NCBI GenBank assembly: GCA_964444125.1
Contig: CAYUFB010000001.1
Location: 26,053 to 90,052, forward strand
Source: an uncultured Candidatus Saccharibacteria bacterium
GTDB lineage: Bacteria > Patescibacteriota > Dojkabacteria > B142 > JAFGMG01
Length of the DNA stretch: 64,000 nucleotides
Direction of reading: 5' to 3'
The stretch's first letter is position 1. Every line of letters starts with the position of its first letter. Made by a program: the position numbers and the translations under genes. The notes under the pieces are model-generated. The model ran no database searches and was not told the origin of the DNA. It saw only the letters and a list, made by a program, of their open reading frames with translations. Below, piece after piece: positions 19,316 to 29,618 of the stretch.

Positions 19316-20575
19316 TTACAAATCCGTCTTAAGAACTATACCTACACATGCTCTAGCTTGTTTTTCGGTCAGCCCAGTTGGATGTGCAAAAACATCATTG
19401 CATGTGCTATGACTTGCTCGATTTGCATTAAATGTGAAATCGATAGAATAACTTTGTCCTGGAGCAAGATCACCTAGTACTGTAGTGATATCTTCATTGG
19501 AAAGAATCATCATATAGTCTTGCACAGACGTATTAAGCGAATTGGTTATGTTTAAATTGTTAACAGTTGGAGATGTCCCAAATGCTGATACAAATGTCAG
19601 ATATCTGCTATCAAAACTGTCTCTAAATCTAATAGTAGTCAAGGTTGTATCTCCAGTATTTTGTAATACGATTCTAAATCTGACTTGAGCTCCAATATCA
19701 TAAGAACCAACTGCATTAGTTGCTACTTTTGTCAGAGTGTATCCTGGGTTTTCTACAACATCTTGTGTGCAGACAACTGTAGCAAGTGCTTTACATGCAT
19801 CTTCTGGATAGAAGCTTGATGTGCCTGCTACTCTTGTTGTTGCATATACACTATACGTACCAGCAGCAGCTGTTGTTACAACGCCACCATTTGATAGAAC
19901 CTGATTGAAGCCAGGGCCCACTATTTGAAGTTGAGTATCACCAGCAAATTCTCCTGTATGGTCATGAAATGCTCCAACTCTAAAACTTGTTCCACAATCA
20001 ACACTCATATTTGGTTTCCATGGATCGCTGATATCCCTTTGAACTCGAGCTTGCGTACTTGAATATGGGCAAACTGCAGGATTCTCTGGAGGTTGCTGTG
20101 GTGGTTGTTCTGGTGGAGGTTGTTGTCCACAGACTGTCCAATCAGTCCAACCAAGTGTAATTGCACCTAAATCTCCGGCATATGGCACATGGCCAGGAGT
20201 ATTTACATCAATTTGTACATATTTGCAATCTATACCTGCAAGTATGCTATCTAAGGATACGCTTTCTCCATTGGCCATATCTTTGACTTTGATAGGATTA
20301 GGAGAGATGCATATTTTGCCACCTTTTGAGTGTTGTCCCCATTCCTCACAAATATGAAGATACAGGTCGCAACCATTTGCATTGTTACATTCACAGTGGT
20401 CCTCATAACATCCAGGATATGATGCATTTCTGGTCCAGCCAGTAGCTGCATCGACATTATTATCTTTCTGTACTAGACCAATAGAGACATAAGCGGATAT
20501 TGCTAATATCAATATTGTGTATACAGTCAGTATTTTTTTGATACTGATATTTTGTAAGATTTTTCGTTTAAACAT
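19316..20575 (-). CDS. Cys-rich secreted/surface protein with C-terminal DUF11-like domain
   Basis: Signal anchor, many Cys, QPP linker, LTK..G..V.F.I...NTG. Confidence 0.75.
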   Translation of the reverse strand: MFKRKILQNISIKKILTVYTILILAISAYVSIGLVQKDNNVDAATGWTRNASYPGCYEDHCECNNANGCDLYLHICEEWGQHSKGGKICISPNPIKVKDMANGESVSLDSILAGIDCKYVQIDVNTPGHVPYAGDLGAITLGWTDWTVCGQQPPPEQPPQQPPENPAVCPYSSTQARVQRDISDPWKPNMSVDCGTSFRVGAFHDHTGEFAGDTQLQIVGPGFNQVLSNGGVVTTAAAGTYSVYATTRVAGTSSFYPEDACKALATVVCTQDVVENPGYTLTKVATNAVGSYDIGAQVRFRIVLQNTGDTTLTTIRFRDSFDSRYLTFVSAFGTSPTVNNLNITNSLNTSVQDYMMILSNEDITTVLGDLAPGQSYSIDFTFNANRASHSTCNDVFAHPTGLTEKQARACVGIVLKTDL

Positions 20576-20611
20576 TTAGATATATGTAAAATATAATATC
20601 TATATGAGTTG

Positions 20612-20650
20612 ATTATATCAGGATCGCCGTCAAAAAAGCAACCTATAGTG
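20612..20650 (-). promoter_or_regulatory. Promoter with NrdR-box-like operator: CACTATAGG-TTGCTT-N18-TATAAT
   Basis: 17 bp identical to 63141-63157, with the same spacing to a TG-extended -10. Confidence 0.6.
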
Positions 20651-20761
20651 TGTATAGAAAATGCTATTTATGGTATAATTTGCAAGCTAATTCGCAAAAA
20701 CAGGTATGTCCTATAGTCGTTTAATTAGCGATAGTTAATTGTATTTATAATAACTAAAACG

Positions 20762-21499
20762 ATGTTAGGCGGAAATCGTGGCATAGCTCTTACAATTATT
20801 CTAGTCGTAATTATATGCATAGCTGCATTGGTGGCTGTTTTGTATTCGTTGCTTATGGCTATAAGGGATGTTGAATTTGGTCAAATGACAGCCTTGCAAC
20901 CTGATAGAAAAGTTACATTTATTGAAAGAGGTACAAATTTCAATTTTGCCATACCTGAAGAAAAGGAAGCAGTCCAAGAAAAGGAAAATGACAAACAACC
21001 TGAAGTAGCAGGTTTAGAGGCCGAAAAAATTGAAGAATCAAAAAAGATTTATAACTTCAATTTTGTAATCCCTCCAAAACCTGCAAATCCATCCATGACA
21101 TCAATAGTAATTCCAGAAATTAATTATAACTCTCCTGTTATCTTATCTGATGATGGAGATAGTGCGATAGATTATGGAGCATGGTTTTATCCTGAAAGTG
21201 CTCACCCATATGACGGAGAGTCAATTTTCCTTTGTCACAGAAGATATTTCAAAGCAAATGATCCAAAATCATGCTGGAATTTGGATAAAGTCTCAAAGGG
21301 AGCAAATCTATATATAAACTTCTCAGATGGAACACAAAAATCATATAAAGTAAGCTCAATGTCAGTCCATCCTGGAACTGATTTAAATATCTATAGAACA
21401 AGCGGTGATAATAGAATCAAACTGATTTCTTGTGCCAAAGAAGACGGCAGGATAGGATCTGCAAGCCATAGAATTGTTCTTGTCGCAGAAGAAATCTAA
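20762..21499 (+). CDS. Sortase-family protein
   Basis: TM anchor, His (CHR), KLISC catalytic Cys, downstream Arg. Confidence 0.85.
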   Translation: MLGGNRGIALTIILVVIICIAALVAVLYSLLMAIRDVEFGQMTALQPDRKVTFIERGTNFNFAIPEEKEAVQEKENDKQPEVAGLEAEKIEESKKIYNFNFVIPPKPANPSMTSIVIPEINYNSPVILSDDGDSAIDYGAWFYPESAHPYDGESIFLCHRRYFKANDPKSCWNLDKVSKGANLYINFSDGTQKSYKVSSMSVHPGTDLNIYRTSGDNRIKLISCAKEDGRIGSASHRIVLVAEEI

Positions 21500-21506
21500 T
21501 ATTGAT

Positions 21507-21629
21507 GCGAATGGCGGAATACGGATTGCGGATTGCGAATAACGAAAAGCGAATGGCGTAATGAGGAATATGTAGAACGCATAGCAAAATTGTATAATAT
21601 CCGTAATTAGAATTTCGTGATCTGCAATC
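21507..21629. repeat. Degenerate heptamer array (RCGRATD-like, about 9 units) plus inverted copies
   Basis: gcgaatg gcggaat acggatt gcggatt gcgaata acgaaaa gcgaatg gcgtaat; reverse-oriented units at about 21599-21629. Confidence 0.75.
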
Positions 21630-21638
21630 AAGTCTTAT

Positions 21639-21685
21639 AATACTGAAAACTGGATACTGAATACTGAAAGCTGACTACTGATACT
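21639..21685 (+). repeat. Heptamer array (AATACTG-like, 6-7 units) upstream of gltX
   Basis: aatactg aaaactg gatactg aatactg aaagctg actactg. Confidence 0.85.
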
Positions 21686-21754
21686 CATTAAATTGCTAAA
21701 AGATTCGTTGCATAATATAATTGACGTGTAATTTGGTTTATTATTATATTATAA

Positions 21755-23242
21755 ATGGAGGTTAGAACTCGTATTGCTCCAAGTCCAACAGGTTTTGTAC
21801 ACATAGGAACTATTCATAATGCGCTATTTGCTCACGCACTTGCAAGGCATCACGGGGGTAAATTTATCCTTCGAGTAGAAGATACTGATTTGAAAAGATT
21901 TGTAGAAGGTGCTAAAGAACAATTATATGATGTTTTAGATGAGTTCGGCCTGACTCCAGATGAAGGTCCGATCCAGGGCGGTCCTTATGCTCCATATATA
22001 CAATCGGAGAGAATGAAAACAGGAATATATCTTCAAAAAGCTGAAGAACTAATTTCAAAAGGGCATGCCTATTATTGTTTTATGACAGAAAAGGAGTTGG
22101 CCGATATGAAGGGAGATAAGGAATATCAAGCAAAAGCTTTCAGGTCTATTTATAGAGATATGCCAATAGAAGAAGCGAAAACAAGGATCTCTAATGGTGA
22201 GAAATACGTAATTAGACTTAAGGTCCCGGATAATGAAATCATTGAGGTTGATGATGCTATACTAGGCAAGGTTTCTTGGAAGAGTGAGGATATTGACGAT
22301 CAAGTTTTGATCAAATCTGATGGCTATCCTACATATCATTTGGCAGTAGTTGTAGATGATCATGAAATGGCGATAACTCATATTACAAGAGCATACGAAT
22401 GGCTCCCAAGTACCCCTAAACAGGTTTTGTTGTACAAGTACTTAGGGTTCAAATTACCAGTTTTCGCGCATAGTTCATTGATACTTGATCCTGATGGTGG
22501 CAAATTATCCAAAAGAAAAGGAACAGTATCTGCAAGACAATTTTTGGAAGATGGATATCTTGTTGATGCAATAAAGAATTTTCTTATGCTTCTTGGTTGG
22601 GCTCCACCAATAGAAAGAGTACATGGTCAGAAAGAAAGAGAAATTTTTTCTCAAGAAGATTTGATCAAACTGTATGAGTTGAGAGACAGACAAAAAAGCA
22701 ATGGAGTATTTAATAGAGAAAAATTAATATGGTTCAATCAGCAATATATCAAGACAGTCCCAAACCTTGATGAAATATTTATCAAATGGCTTCAAAAATA
22801 CAAGGAATCTGATGAATTGATTTCAAGAATACTAGATGATAAGGAAATAAATTTGAAACTGGATTTAATCAAAGATAGGGCCAAGACCTTAGTTGAGATG
22901 ATTGATATGTTGAAATTTTTTTATATCGCACCAGAACATATTGATCTTGATATAAAACAAATTAGATCATTTAAGAAAGATCTAAAAAATATATTAAGTG
23001 ATACTGTTAGTGTTATTTCAAAGCTTGATGAGGACAGCAGGAAGTGGCAAAACGATATTTGGGCAAATAGTATGAAAGAAATATCAAATAAATATGATTT
23101 GAAGACTGGTGATTCATTCATGGTCTTAAGACTTGCTGTAGTAGGCGAACCTGTATCCCCACCATTATTTGAAGCAATTGGGATAATTGGAAAAGAGGAG
23201 ATACTAAATAGACTCAATAAACTAATAAAAGATATTAAATAG
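21755..23242 (+). CDS. gltX: Glutamate--tRNA ligase
   Basis: RIAPSPTG, HIGT, PTYHLAVVVDD, KLSKR. Confidence 0.98.
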   Translation: MEVRTRIAPSPTGFVHIGTIHNALFAHALARHHGGKFILRVEDTDLKRFVEGAKEQLYDVLDEFGLTPDEGPIQGGPYAPYIQSERMKTGIYLQKAEELISKGHAYYCFMTEKELADMKGDKEYQAKAFRSIYRDMPIEEAKTRISNGEKYVIRLKVPDNEIIEVDDAILGKVSWKSEDIDDQVLIKSDGYPTYHLAVVVDDHEMAITHITRAYEWLPSTPKQVLLYKYLGFKLPVFAHSSLILDPDGGKLSKRKGTVSARQFLEDGYLVDAIKNFLMLLGWAPPIERVHGQKEREIFSQEDLIKLYELRDRQKSNGVFNREKLIWFNQQYIKTVPNLDEIFIKWLQKYKESDELISRILDDKEINLKLDLIKDRAKTLVEMIDMLKFFYIAPEHIDLDIKQIRSFKKDLKNILSDTVSVISKLDEDSRKWQNDIWANSMKEISNKYDLKTGDSFMVLRLAVVGEPVSPPLFEAIGIIGKEEILNRLNKLIKDIK

Positions 23243-24898
23243 ATGCACAAATACTGCCTTTTGCTTGCAACAATAGTTTTTTTTGGATTTGGGAGTGTAT
23301 CTTTTGCCCAAAATATAGGTCAACTTGATGTTGATAGGAAATTTGATCTTGATAGATCAGAGGTTGATTATAAGATAATTATAAAAAACAATTCATCAGA
23401 TGAGCTTATTCGAGGATTCTCAATCATTATTCCGCACAAAAACTATCAACTAATATCTTCTAGAGGAGCGAAGTTTCAAAAAGAAGTAAATACAAATGAT
23501 CTAAAAATCAGTTTCGGAGAGGATGTATTGCGACCTGGATTTTCTAGAGAGATTGGATTTCTTGTCCACATTCCAAATCTTGTTGAAGAAAAAGGAGGAT
23601 TGTATACACTTGAAATTTCGAATTTTTCGAGCAATATGCCCATAGGCCAAGTACATACTAGGATAAACTATTCAACAACTGATTTCCCTCCAATTGTTTA
23701 TTCATCCAGAAATATAGAGGAAAATCCCGGCACAATTTTATTTTTAGAAAACAAGGCAATTTGTGTTTCTTGGGGGGAAGAATACTATGCGAACTTTTTA
23801 TTAAAAATTTCAAACATTAGTGACCAGACAGCTCTGATTCCTATCTTATCAGACTTGCCGGGGCAGGAAGTAGAATATCTAAACAGTCCTTCAGATGAGC
23901 AATTGCTTTTTGACAAAGATTCCAATGCATATCTACTCTCTACGCAAGATAATCTTTCTCTGAAAGGATCGTTGCGATTAACACCAGTCACGAATAAGCA
24001 AATATCTAACGCATTGATCAAAAAGAATTATGAGTTTCCTGTTATAGAAGGTGATACTAATCATGAAAAGGTAAAAAGTGTATCAGAATATTTAGAAAAA
24101 AACTTCAATATCGAGATGTTCCAAAGTCTTGATAAAAGATTTAATACGATAAATGATCATGATCTGGCAATAAATCTATATACATATTACTGGTTAAATT
24201 CTCTTGATATCAAAGCTCAATTAGTTTTTGGAAAAAATATCCAAGATTCAAGTTCATCATATTGGATATTATGGCAAGATGGAGATACCACTAAGGCATT
24301 AGATCCAATATTATATTTTTCGGATCAATTGGATGTTGTAGATTGGGTCCCACCCGATAGAGTCATATTATTTTCGCTAGTAGAAGATGGCAATGAATTA
24401 CTTGATGAATTTATTGAGTTGTCCAGTAAGGATTTTTATTGGTACTTTGGATTTGAGAACACTGTGATAGATGATAATAATGAAACTGCAAATATTCATG
24501 TGATATTTCCCGAACAATACAGATTTGAACTCGATACTATCGCAAATATCAATATCCAAAATGTAACTAACAAATTGCTTGAGATCAAGAATATATCAAG
24601 TCGCGGGCAGAATTTGATTCCAGAGGCTAAATTCCATCAAGGATTGCTTCCTTATCAATACAAGGTTCTCAAAGTAACTCAACCACGTGGATTGCTTGGG
24701 ATATTTAACAAGAAATCAAAAATGGAAATAGATGTGATTTATAGACTTGGAAATCTCGAAGAAACAAATACATTTAGTAACGATATTGTTTTTGCAAATC
24801 CTGAAATTTCAAGAAGATTTGTGTTATTAGATATTTTTATATCTGTTATAGTGTTTGTAGTAATAATAATTAGTAAGAAAATTCTATCTATTTGGTAG
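23243..24898 (+). CDS. Secreted, C-terminally anchored protein, degenerate transglutaminase-like
   Basis: Signal peptide, L.SL.I.AQLVFG...YW...DP pattern without catalytic Cys/His, C-terminal TM. Confidence 0.5.
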   Translation: MHKYCLLLATIVFFGFGSVSFAQNIGQLDVDRKFDLDRSEVDYKIIIKNNSSDELIRGFSIIIPHKNYQLISSRGAKFQKEVNTNDLKISFGEDVLRPGFSREIGFLVHIPNLVEEKGGLYTLEISNFSSNMPIGQVHTRINYSTTDFPPIVYSSRNIEENPGTILFLENKAICVSWGEEYYANFLLKISNISDQTALIPILSDLPGQEVEYLNSPSDEQLLFDKDSNAYLLSTQDNLSLKGSLRLTPVTNKQISNALIKKNYEFPVIEGDTNHEKVKSVSEYLEKNFNIEMFQSLDKRFNTINDHDLAINLYTYYWLNSLDIKAQLVFGKNIQDSSSSYWILWQDGDTTKALDPILYFSDQLDVVDWVPPDRVILFSLVEDGNELLDEFIELSSKDFYWYFGFENTVIDDNNETANIHVIFPEQYRFELDTIANINIQNVTNKLLEIKNISSRGQNLIPEAKFHQGLLPYQYKVLKVTQPRGLLGIFNKKSKMEIDVIYRLGNLEETNTFSNDIVFANPEISRRFVLLDIFISVIVFVVIIISKKILSIW

Positions 24899-24954
24899 TC
24901 ATCTCGACTAAGATCAAGATATAAGGTAGAATTATATTAGGTTATAACCTGCCC

Positions 24955-27024
24955 ATGAAAAAAGAAGAAATTGCCAAAATATTTGACTTGTCATTGGTAT
25001 CAAGTGATGCGTATGATTATATAGGGCTTGCCGGACAAGATTATCTCAAACTTCAAGAAGCGAATATTCCATTACCACAAGGTTTCATACTTACTACGAA
25101 AGTTTTCGATGATTTTTTGATACTAAATGACTTGGTTGGATATATTACAGAAAGATTGAGTGAGATCCAGATAAAATCTTCATTGATTGAACGCAATTCC
25201 AAAGCTATCAGATCCAAAATCATGGAGGGTAAGATGCCTGATTATCTCGAAAATTCAGTCCCAGGTTATTTAAAAAAGTTTTCTGGGTTAAGTAAAGTAT
25301 CAGTGGACATGCAGGCTTGCTTATTCAATGAAGATCTCGAAAAATCTTTAGAAGATGAGGTAGTGTACTTAAGCGGAGTATCTGATATTGATAATATCTA
25401 TCAAAATATCAGGCTATTATGGTCAAAACTCTTTGAAGTAAGTAGTCTAAAGAAAAGAGAAATCGCTAAATACGAAGGGCCTTTGTCTATGGCAATCATG
25501 ATTTTCAAATCCCCGATTGTAGAAATTTCTGGCAAGGCTTCTTCAAATTCATTAGGTAGAGAGAAACTGGTTGAACTTGAAGCAGTTATGGGAGATATCG
25601 AGTTGCTAAAAAAGGATCAGTTTAATGGAGATAGGTATGTAGTAGATACACAAGTACCAGCAGTTGTCGAAAAAAATATTGTCGAACAGAAAAAAATGTA
25701 TGTCACAAGTTTTGGTTCAAAGGGATTGAAAAAAGAAAAACTCACAATCTCCAAGCCATGGCGCAAAAACCCAAAGATGTCTGATTCACAGGCTACATTT
25801 ATGGGTCTGATCACATGCAGTATCAAAGAATTATTTCAAACTGATATCGAAATAGAATTTGGAATTGAAATGGGTAAGCCAGTTGTTACTTATATCAAAA
25901 AGGTTGGTAATTCGGTCTCAGCTTCTAGACAAGAAAAAGAGGCATCAAAGGGGACATCTCATTTTGAAATATTAAAAAACAAAATAGGTAATCTAGAAAA
26001 TCTAAATAATGATCCAGCAGAAGAGAAAGAAGTCATAAAAAATAAAACTGTTGATTTTGACAAACCAATTGTCCAAGCACAAGTAGTTCCAGAAATTCCT
26101 ACTTCTTTGCCCAAAAAATCGATCAAGCCAATGAGCGAATATGTAGATGAGGTTAAACAAGAAATCAAACCATTAAGAAAAAAGATCGATGCAAACAAAA
26201 TTAAAGTTGAGGAAGAGATCAATACAGGCATAGATGTATTTGTTTCAGATTATGAAGCTGAGGCGAATATTAAGTATTCCAAAAATATCGCAGGGTATGT
26301 AAGTCTATCTGGTGATGATTTTATTGCTATAAATAATAGAGCATTGTCAGATTTGGCAAAAAATCCAAAGGATTTTGTAACAAATCTGGTTGATTATCTG
26401 ATCGCAAATTTAGAAAATACAGCTGAACCTGCTATATATGAATTTATTTCAAATGCTTATCTTCAAGATGGTCCTGGAATGGGTGCGTATAAGATCATAA
26501 AAGATAGCACGATTTTTCAATACGAATTGGAGGCTATTAGAAAAGTCAGAAATTCCATGCAGAAAAAAAATCTTTGGGTAAGCGTTCCATATATCAGAAG
26601 CACAGCAGAATTTTTGGAAGTGAAGAAAATTATTTCGATAAACAGACTAAGAAGATCTCCAACTTTTAGAGTTTATGCAAGTATAGACAATGCTTCAAGT
26701 GCATTGATTATTGAAGACTTGATAGAAGCTATGGCAGATGGATTTGTCTTTAATCTTGATAATATGTACAAAAATATATTAGGAGGCTTTGATGAAGGAA
26801 ATTTGCCTCTTGATGGGATGAAGAAATTACTAACTAGCAGTTTGAAGATTGTCAATCAGTACAAATCTAAATCAATAGCAAAAGCTTTAGATACAAAGAG
26901 ATACTTTAATATCCAGGAATTAATCGAGTTTGGATTTACTGCTATTAGTGCACCATTAAGTCAAGTAATTGAATACAAAAAGGAAATTCAAAAGTTAGAA
27001 ACCAACAAATTAAAGCGTAAGTAA
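24955..27024 (+). CDS. Degenerate PEP synthase/PPDK-like protein
   Basis: IPLPQGFILTT ATP-grasp-like N-domain, DIEIEF, NLWVSVPYIRS C-domain; no TSHAAI phospho-His motif. Confidence 0.75.
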   Translation: MKKEEIAKIFDLSLVSSDAYDYIGLAGQDYLKLQEANIPLPQGFILTTKVFDDFLILNDLVGYITERLSEIQIKSSLIERNSKAIRSKIMEGKMPDYLENSVPGYLKKFSGLSKVSVDMQACLFNEDLEKSLEDEVVYLSGVSDIDNIYQNIRLLWSKLFEVSSLKKREIAKYEGPLSMAIMIFKSPIVEISGKASSNSLGREKLVELEAVMGDIELLKKDQFNGDRYVVDTQVPAVVEKNIVEQKKMYVTSFGSKGLKKEKLTISKPWRKNPKMSDSQATFMGLITCSIKELFQTDIEIEFGIEMGKPVVTYIKKVGNSVSASRQEKEASKGTSHFEILKNKIGNLENLNNDPAEEKEVIKNKTVDFDKPIVQAQVVPEIPTSLPKKSIKPMSEYVDEVKQEIKPLRKKIDANKIKVEEEINTGIDVFVSDYEAEANIKYSKNIAGYVSLSGDDFIAINNRALSDLAKNPKDFVTNLVDYLIANLENTAEPAIYEFISNAYLQDGPGMGAYKIIKDSTIFQYELEAIRKVRNSMQKKNLWVSVPYIRSTAEFLEVKKIISINRLRRSPTFRVYASIDNASSALIIEDLIEAMADGFVFNLDNMYKNILGGFDEGNLPLDGMKKLLTSSLKIVNQYKSKSIAKALDTKRYFNIQELIEFGFTAISAPLSQVIEYKKEIQKLETNKLKRK

Positions 27025-28446
27025 CTCTTTCATTGATGGTGTATTATCCTGTCTTCCTGCAATTAGCTTTTTAAGAAGTATATAATTTTTGACAATTGTA
27101 TCTTTGTCTTTTGCTTCAAGATTGAGCCTGATAAGTGGTTGTGTGTTGGATCCTCTTAAGTTAAATCTCCAGGTTGGAAGTTCAATGCTTATGCCGTCAA
27201 TTTTGGTAATAATTGCTTCAGGGTAATTTGTTTTGAAGTATTCTTCTATTTGCAAGTAAGTCGCATTTGGATCATCTACTTCGAAATTCACTTCCCCAGA
27301 ATTAGGATAGGTTGAATAATAATAATCAAGCGTCTCATCGAAATCTAAGCCATTTGATAGCATCTTGAGAATCAAAGCAATTGTGATCATTCCACTATCT
27401 GCATTGAAAAAGTCCCGGTAATAAAAATGGCAACTTGCCTCTGCTCCAAATATCGCATTGCTTTCCTTCATGTGATGCTTGAAAAAAGAATGCCCTGCCT
27501 TGATCATGACAGTTTTGCCCCCTGCCTTTTGTACTTCATTAGTTACAGGCCAGGTGATTCTTGGATCTTGAATTATGTTTGCCCCTGGATTGTCTTTTAA
27601 AAAATGCGTAGCGTATATCGCACCTGTGTAGATTCCCGAAGGATTTCTGCCTTTATTGTCTACAAAAAATACCCGGTCCGCGTCTCCATCTATGGCAATT
27701 CCTATATCTGCTTGACTTGATACAGTTTCTTTTTTTATTTGTGCAATATTTTCTTCCTCCATTGGATTTGGGACATGATTAGGGAATGCATCGTCAGGCT
27801 CGAAAAACATCTTTTTGACCTCCAGATTTAGATCACCAAATACATAGTCAAATATTTTGCCACCAATGCCATTGCCAGCATCTACAACTATTTTTAAAGG
27901 TTTTATCTCTGTATCACCAAGAAATGAAAGCACCTTTGCCTTAAATTCTGGATAAATATCTATTTTTGTTACTTTTCCTTGCCTGTTTTGATCAAGCTCA
28001 AAAGAATTATCTAACATCAATTTCTTGATCTCAGGGAGCCCATAATCTCCACTTAATGGTGAAGCACCAGATCCTACCATTTTGCAACCATTCCAGCCTG
28101 AAGGATTATGCGATGCAGTAATTGTAACTCCACCATCGATTGATTTATCAGATCCGACAGCGTAGTAGAGCATTTCGGTAGCGATTTCTCCAATATCAAT
28201 GACGTCTGCTCCCTGAGATGTAGCACCTTTGATAAATGCTTGCTTGTATTTTTCACCACTTTTTCTGATATCTCTCCCGATTACAATTTTTTTGGCATTT
28301 AAGAATGTCACAAATGCCATACCTAGGGTTTCGTAAAATACTTCGTCTAGTTCTTCCGGGTCTCTACCTCTGATATCATACGCATGAAATACTGAGTCTA
28401 GATTCGACTTGCTTAAAGTTGAGGGTGTTGTGTAAGAATTACTCAT
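27010..28446 (-). CDS. Phosphomannomutase/phosphoglucomutase
   Basis: AYDIRG, TASHNP, DGDADR, RGSNTQP. Confidence 0.96.
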   Translation of the reverse strand: MSNSYTTPSTLSKSNLDSVFHAYDIRGRDPEELDEVFYETLGMAFVTFLNAKKIVIGRDIRKSGEKYKQAFIKGATSQGADVIDIGEIATEMLYYAVGSDKSIDGGVTITASHNPSGWNGCKMVGSGASPLSGDYGLPEIKKLMLDNSFELDQNRQGKVTKIDIYPEFKAKVLSFLGDTEIKPLKIVVDAGNGIGGKIFDYVFGDLNLEVKKMFFEPDDAFPNHVPNPMEEENIAQIKKETVSSQADIGIAIDGDADRVFFVDNKGRNPSGIYTGAIYATHFLKDNPGANIIQDPRITWPVTNEVQKAGGKTVMIKAGHSFFKHHMKESNAIFGAEASCHFYYRDFFNADSGMITIALILKMLSNGLDFDETLDYYYSTYPNSGEVNFEVDDPNATYLQIEEYFKTNYPEAIITKIDGISIELPTWRFNLRGSNTQPLIRLNLEAKDKDTIVKNYILLKKLIAGRQDNTPSMKELLTL

Positions 28447-28494
28447 GAGCAAAAAAAGAATAAAAATTTGAAGGTTAATTATTGTGATCCAAGG

Positions 28495-29559
28495 TTACAA
28501 TTTTTCATACTTTATTTCAAGAACTCTTTTGACATATTCATCTTGAGGATTTATTGTATTCATTCTTGATATCACTTGGGTACTATCTTCAATGACAAGA
28601 TTTATCCCCCAGTCAATCCCACCATTAATATTTCCAGTCATTTTCAGATCGTCAGTAATTACAATACCTTCAAATCCAAGATCTTGTTCAAGTATCTCGA
28701 CATATTTATATGATTTGGAGGCAGGTATATTTGGATCAATTTGAGGATTAATAATGTGACCAAGCATGATGAAATCTGCACCTGCTCTGATATCTGCCGC
28801 AAAAGGTACAAATTCGTTTTGAACTAGTTCCTCTTTTGAGAGATTGATTTCTGGGAAATTATTATGCGAATCGGTACTTGTTCTGCCATGTCCGGGGAAA
28901 TGCTTTGGGGAAGTTAGTATTCCAATTTTTTGATAGACCCCAATTTCTTCAGCAGTAATTTCTGCTACATCGAATTTATCTGCACTGTAGGATCTTTTGT
29001 ACATAAACGAACTCTTGTCTGCAATATCTGCAACTGGACCTAATATGCAGTTGATACCAAGTGACTTGAGTAATTCTGCTCTGTAAGTAAATACCTCAGT
29101 TGGAGTTATGCCGTTCGTTCTATTTTCTACAAAATCTCTGGCATTGAAATTTTTGTATTTATCCCAGGGGATTCTCACGACTGTTCCACCTTCTTGGTCA
29201 ATTGAGATGATAATTCTTGAGTCGACTTTTTGTTTTAGATCACTTGTAAGTTTCTTAAGTTGCTCTTCGTTCACGAAATTATTTGGCATCAAAATAACTC
29301 CTCCAATATGATTTTCTTTCAAGTAAGAAATTGTCTCATCAGTTAATACCTGATCAGGGATTGATACCATAAATAAAGCACCTCTTTTTTGCCCGACATT
29401 CATTGAATTTAATTTACGATCAATATAACTATCTTTTGATATTTGATTAGTTGTATAAATTGGAGTGATAATTTCTGTTGAAGTTTTATCAAAGTACAGG
29501 AGTATGGATACCAAAGTTAGAACCAGAAATATTAGTAATAGTGCAATTAACTTTTTCAT
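28495..29559 (-). CDS. Membrane-anchored GH3 beta-N-acetylhexosaminidase (NagZ-like)
   Basis: IDQEGG, KHFPGHG..DSH, ITDDL; N-terminal TM; start MKKLI. Confidence 0.9.
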   Translation of the reverse strand: MKKLIALLLIFLVLTLVSILLYFDKTSTEIITPIYTTNQISKDSYIDRKLNSMNVGQKRGALFMVSIPDQVLTDETISYLKENHIGGVILMPNNFVNEEQLKKLTSDLKQKVDSRIIISIDQEGGTVVRIPWDKYKNFNARDFVENRTNGITPTEVFTYRAELLKSLGINCILGPVADIADKSSFMYKRSYSADKFDVAEITAEEIGVYQKIGILTSPKHFPGHGRTSTDSHNNFPEINLSKEELVQNEFVPFAADIRAGADFIMLGHIINPQIDPNIPASKSYKYVEILEQDLGFEGIVITDDLKMTGNINGGIDWGINLVIEDSTQVISRMNTINPQDEYVKRVLEIKYEKL

Positions 29560-29618
29560 ATGTGAAATCCTGATTGGATATATCATAGCAGGTTTGAAAT
29601 TACGTGTATAATAACTTT

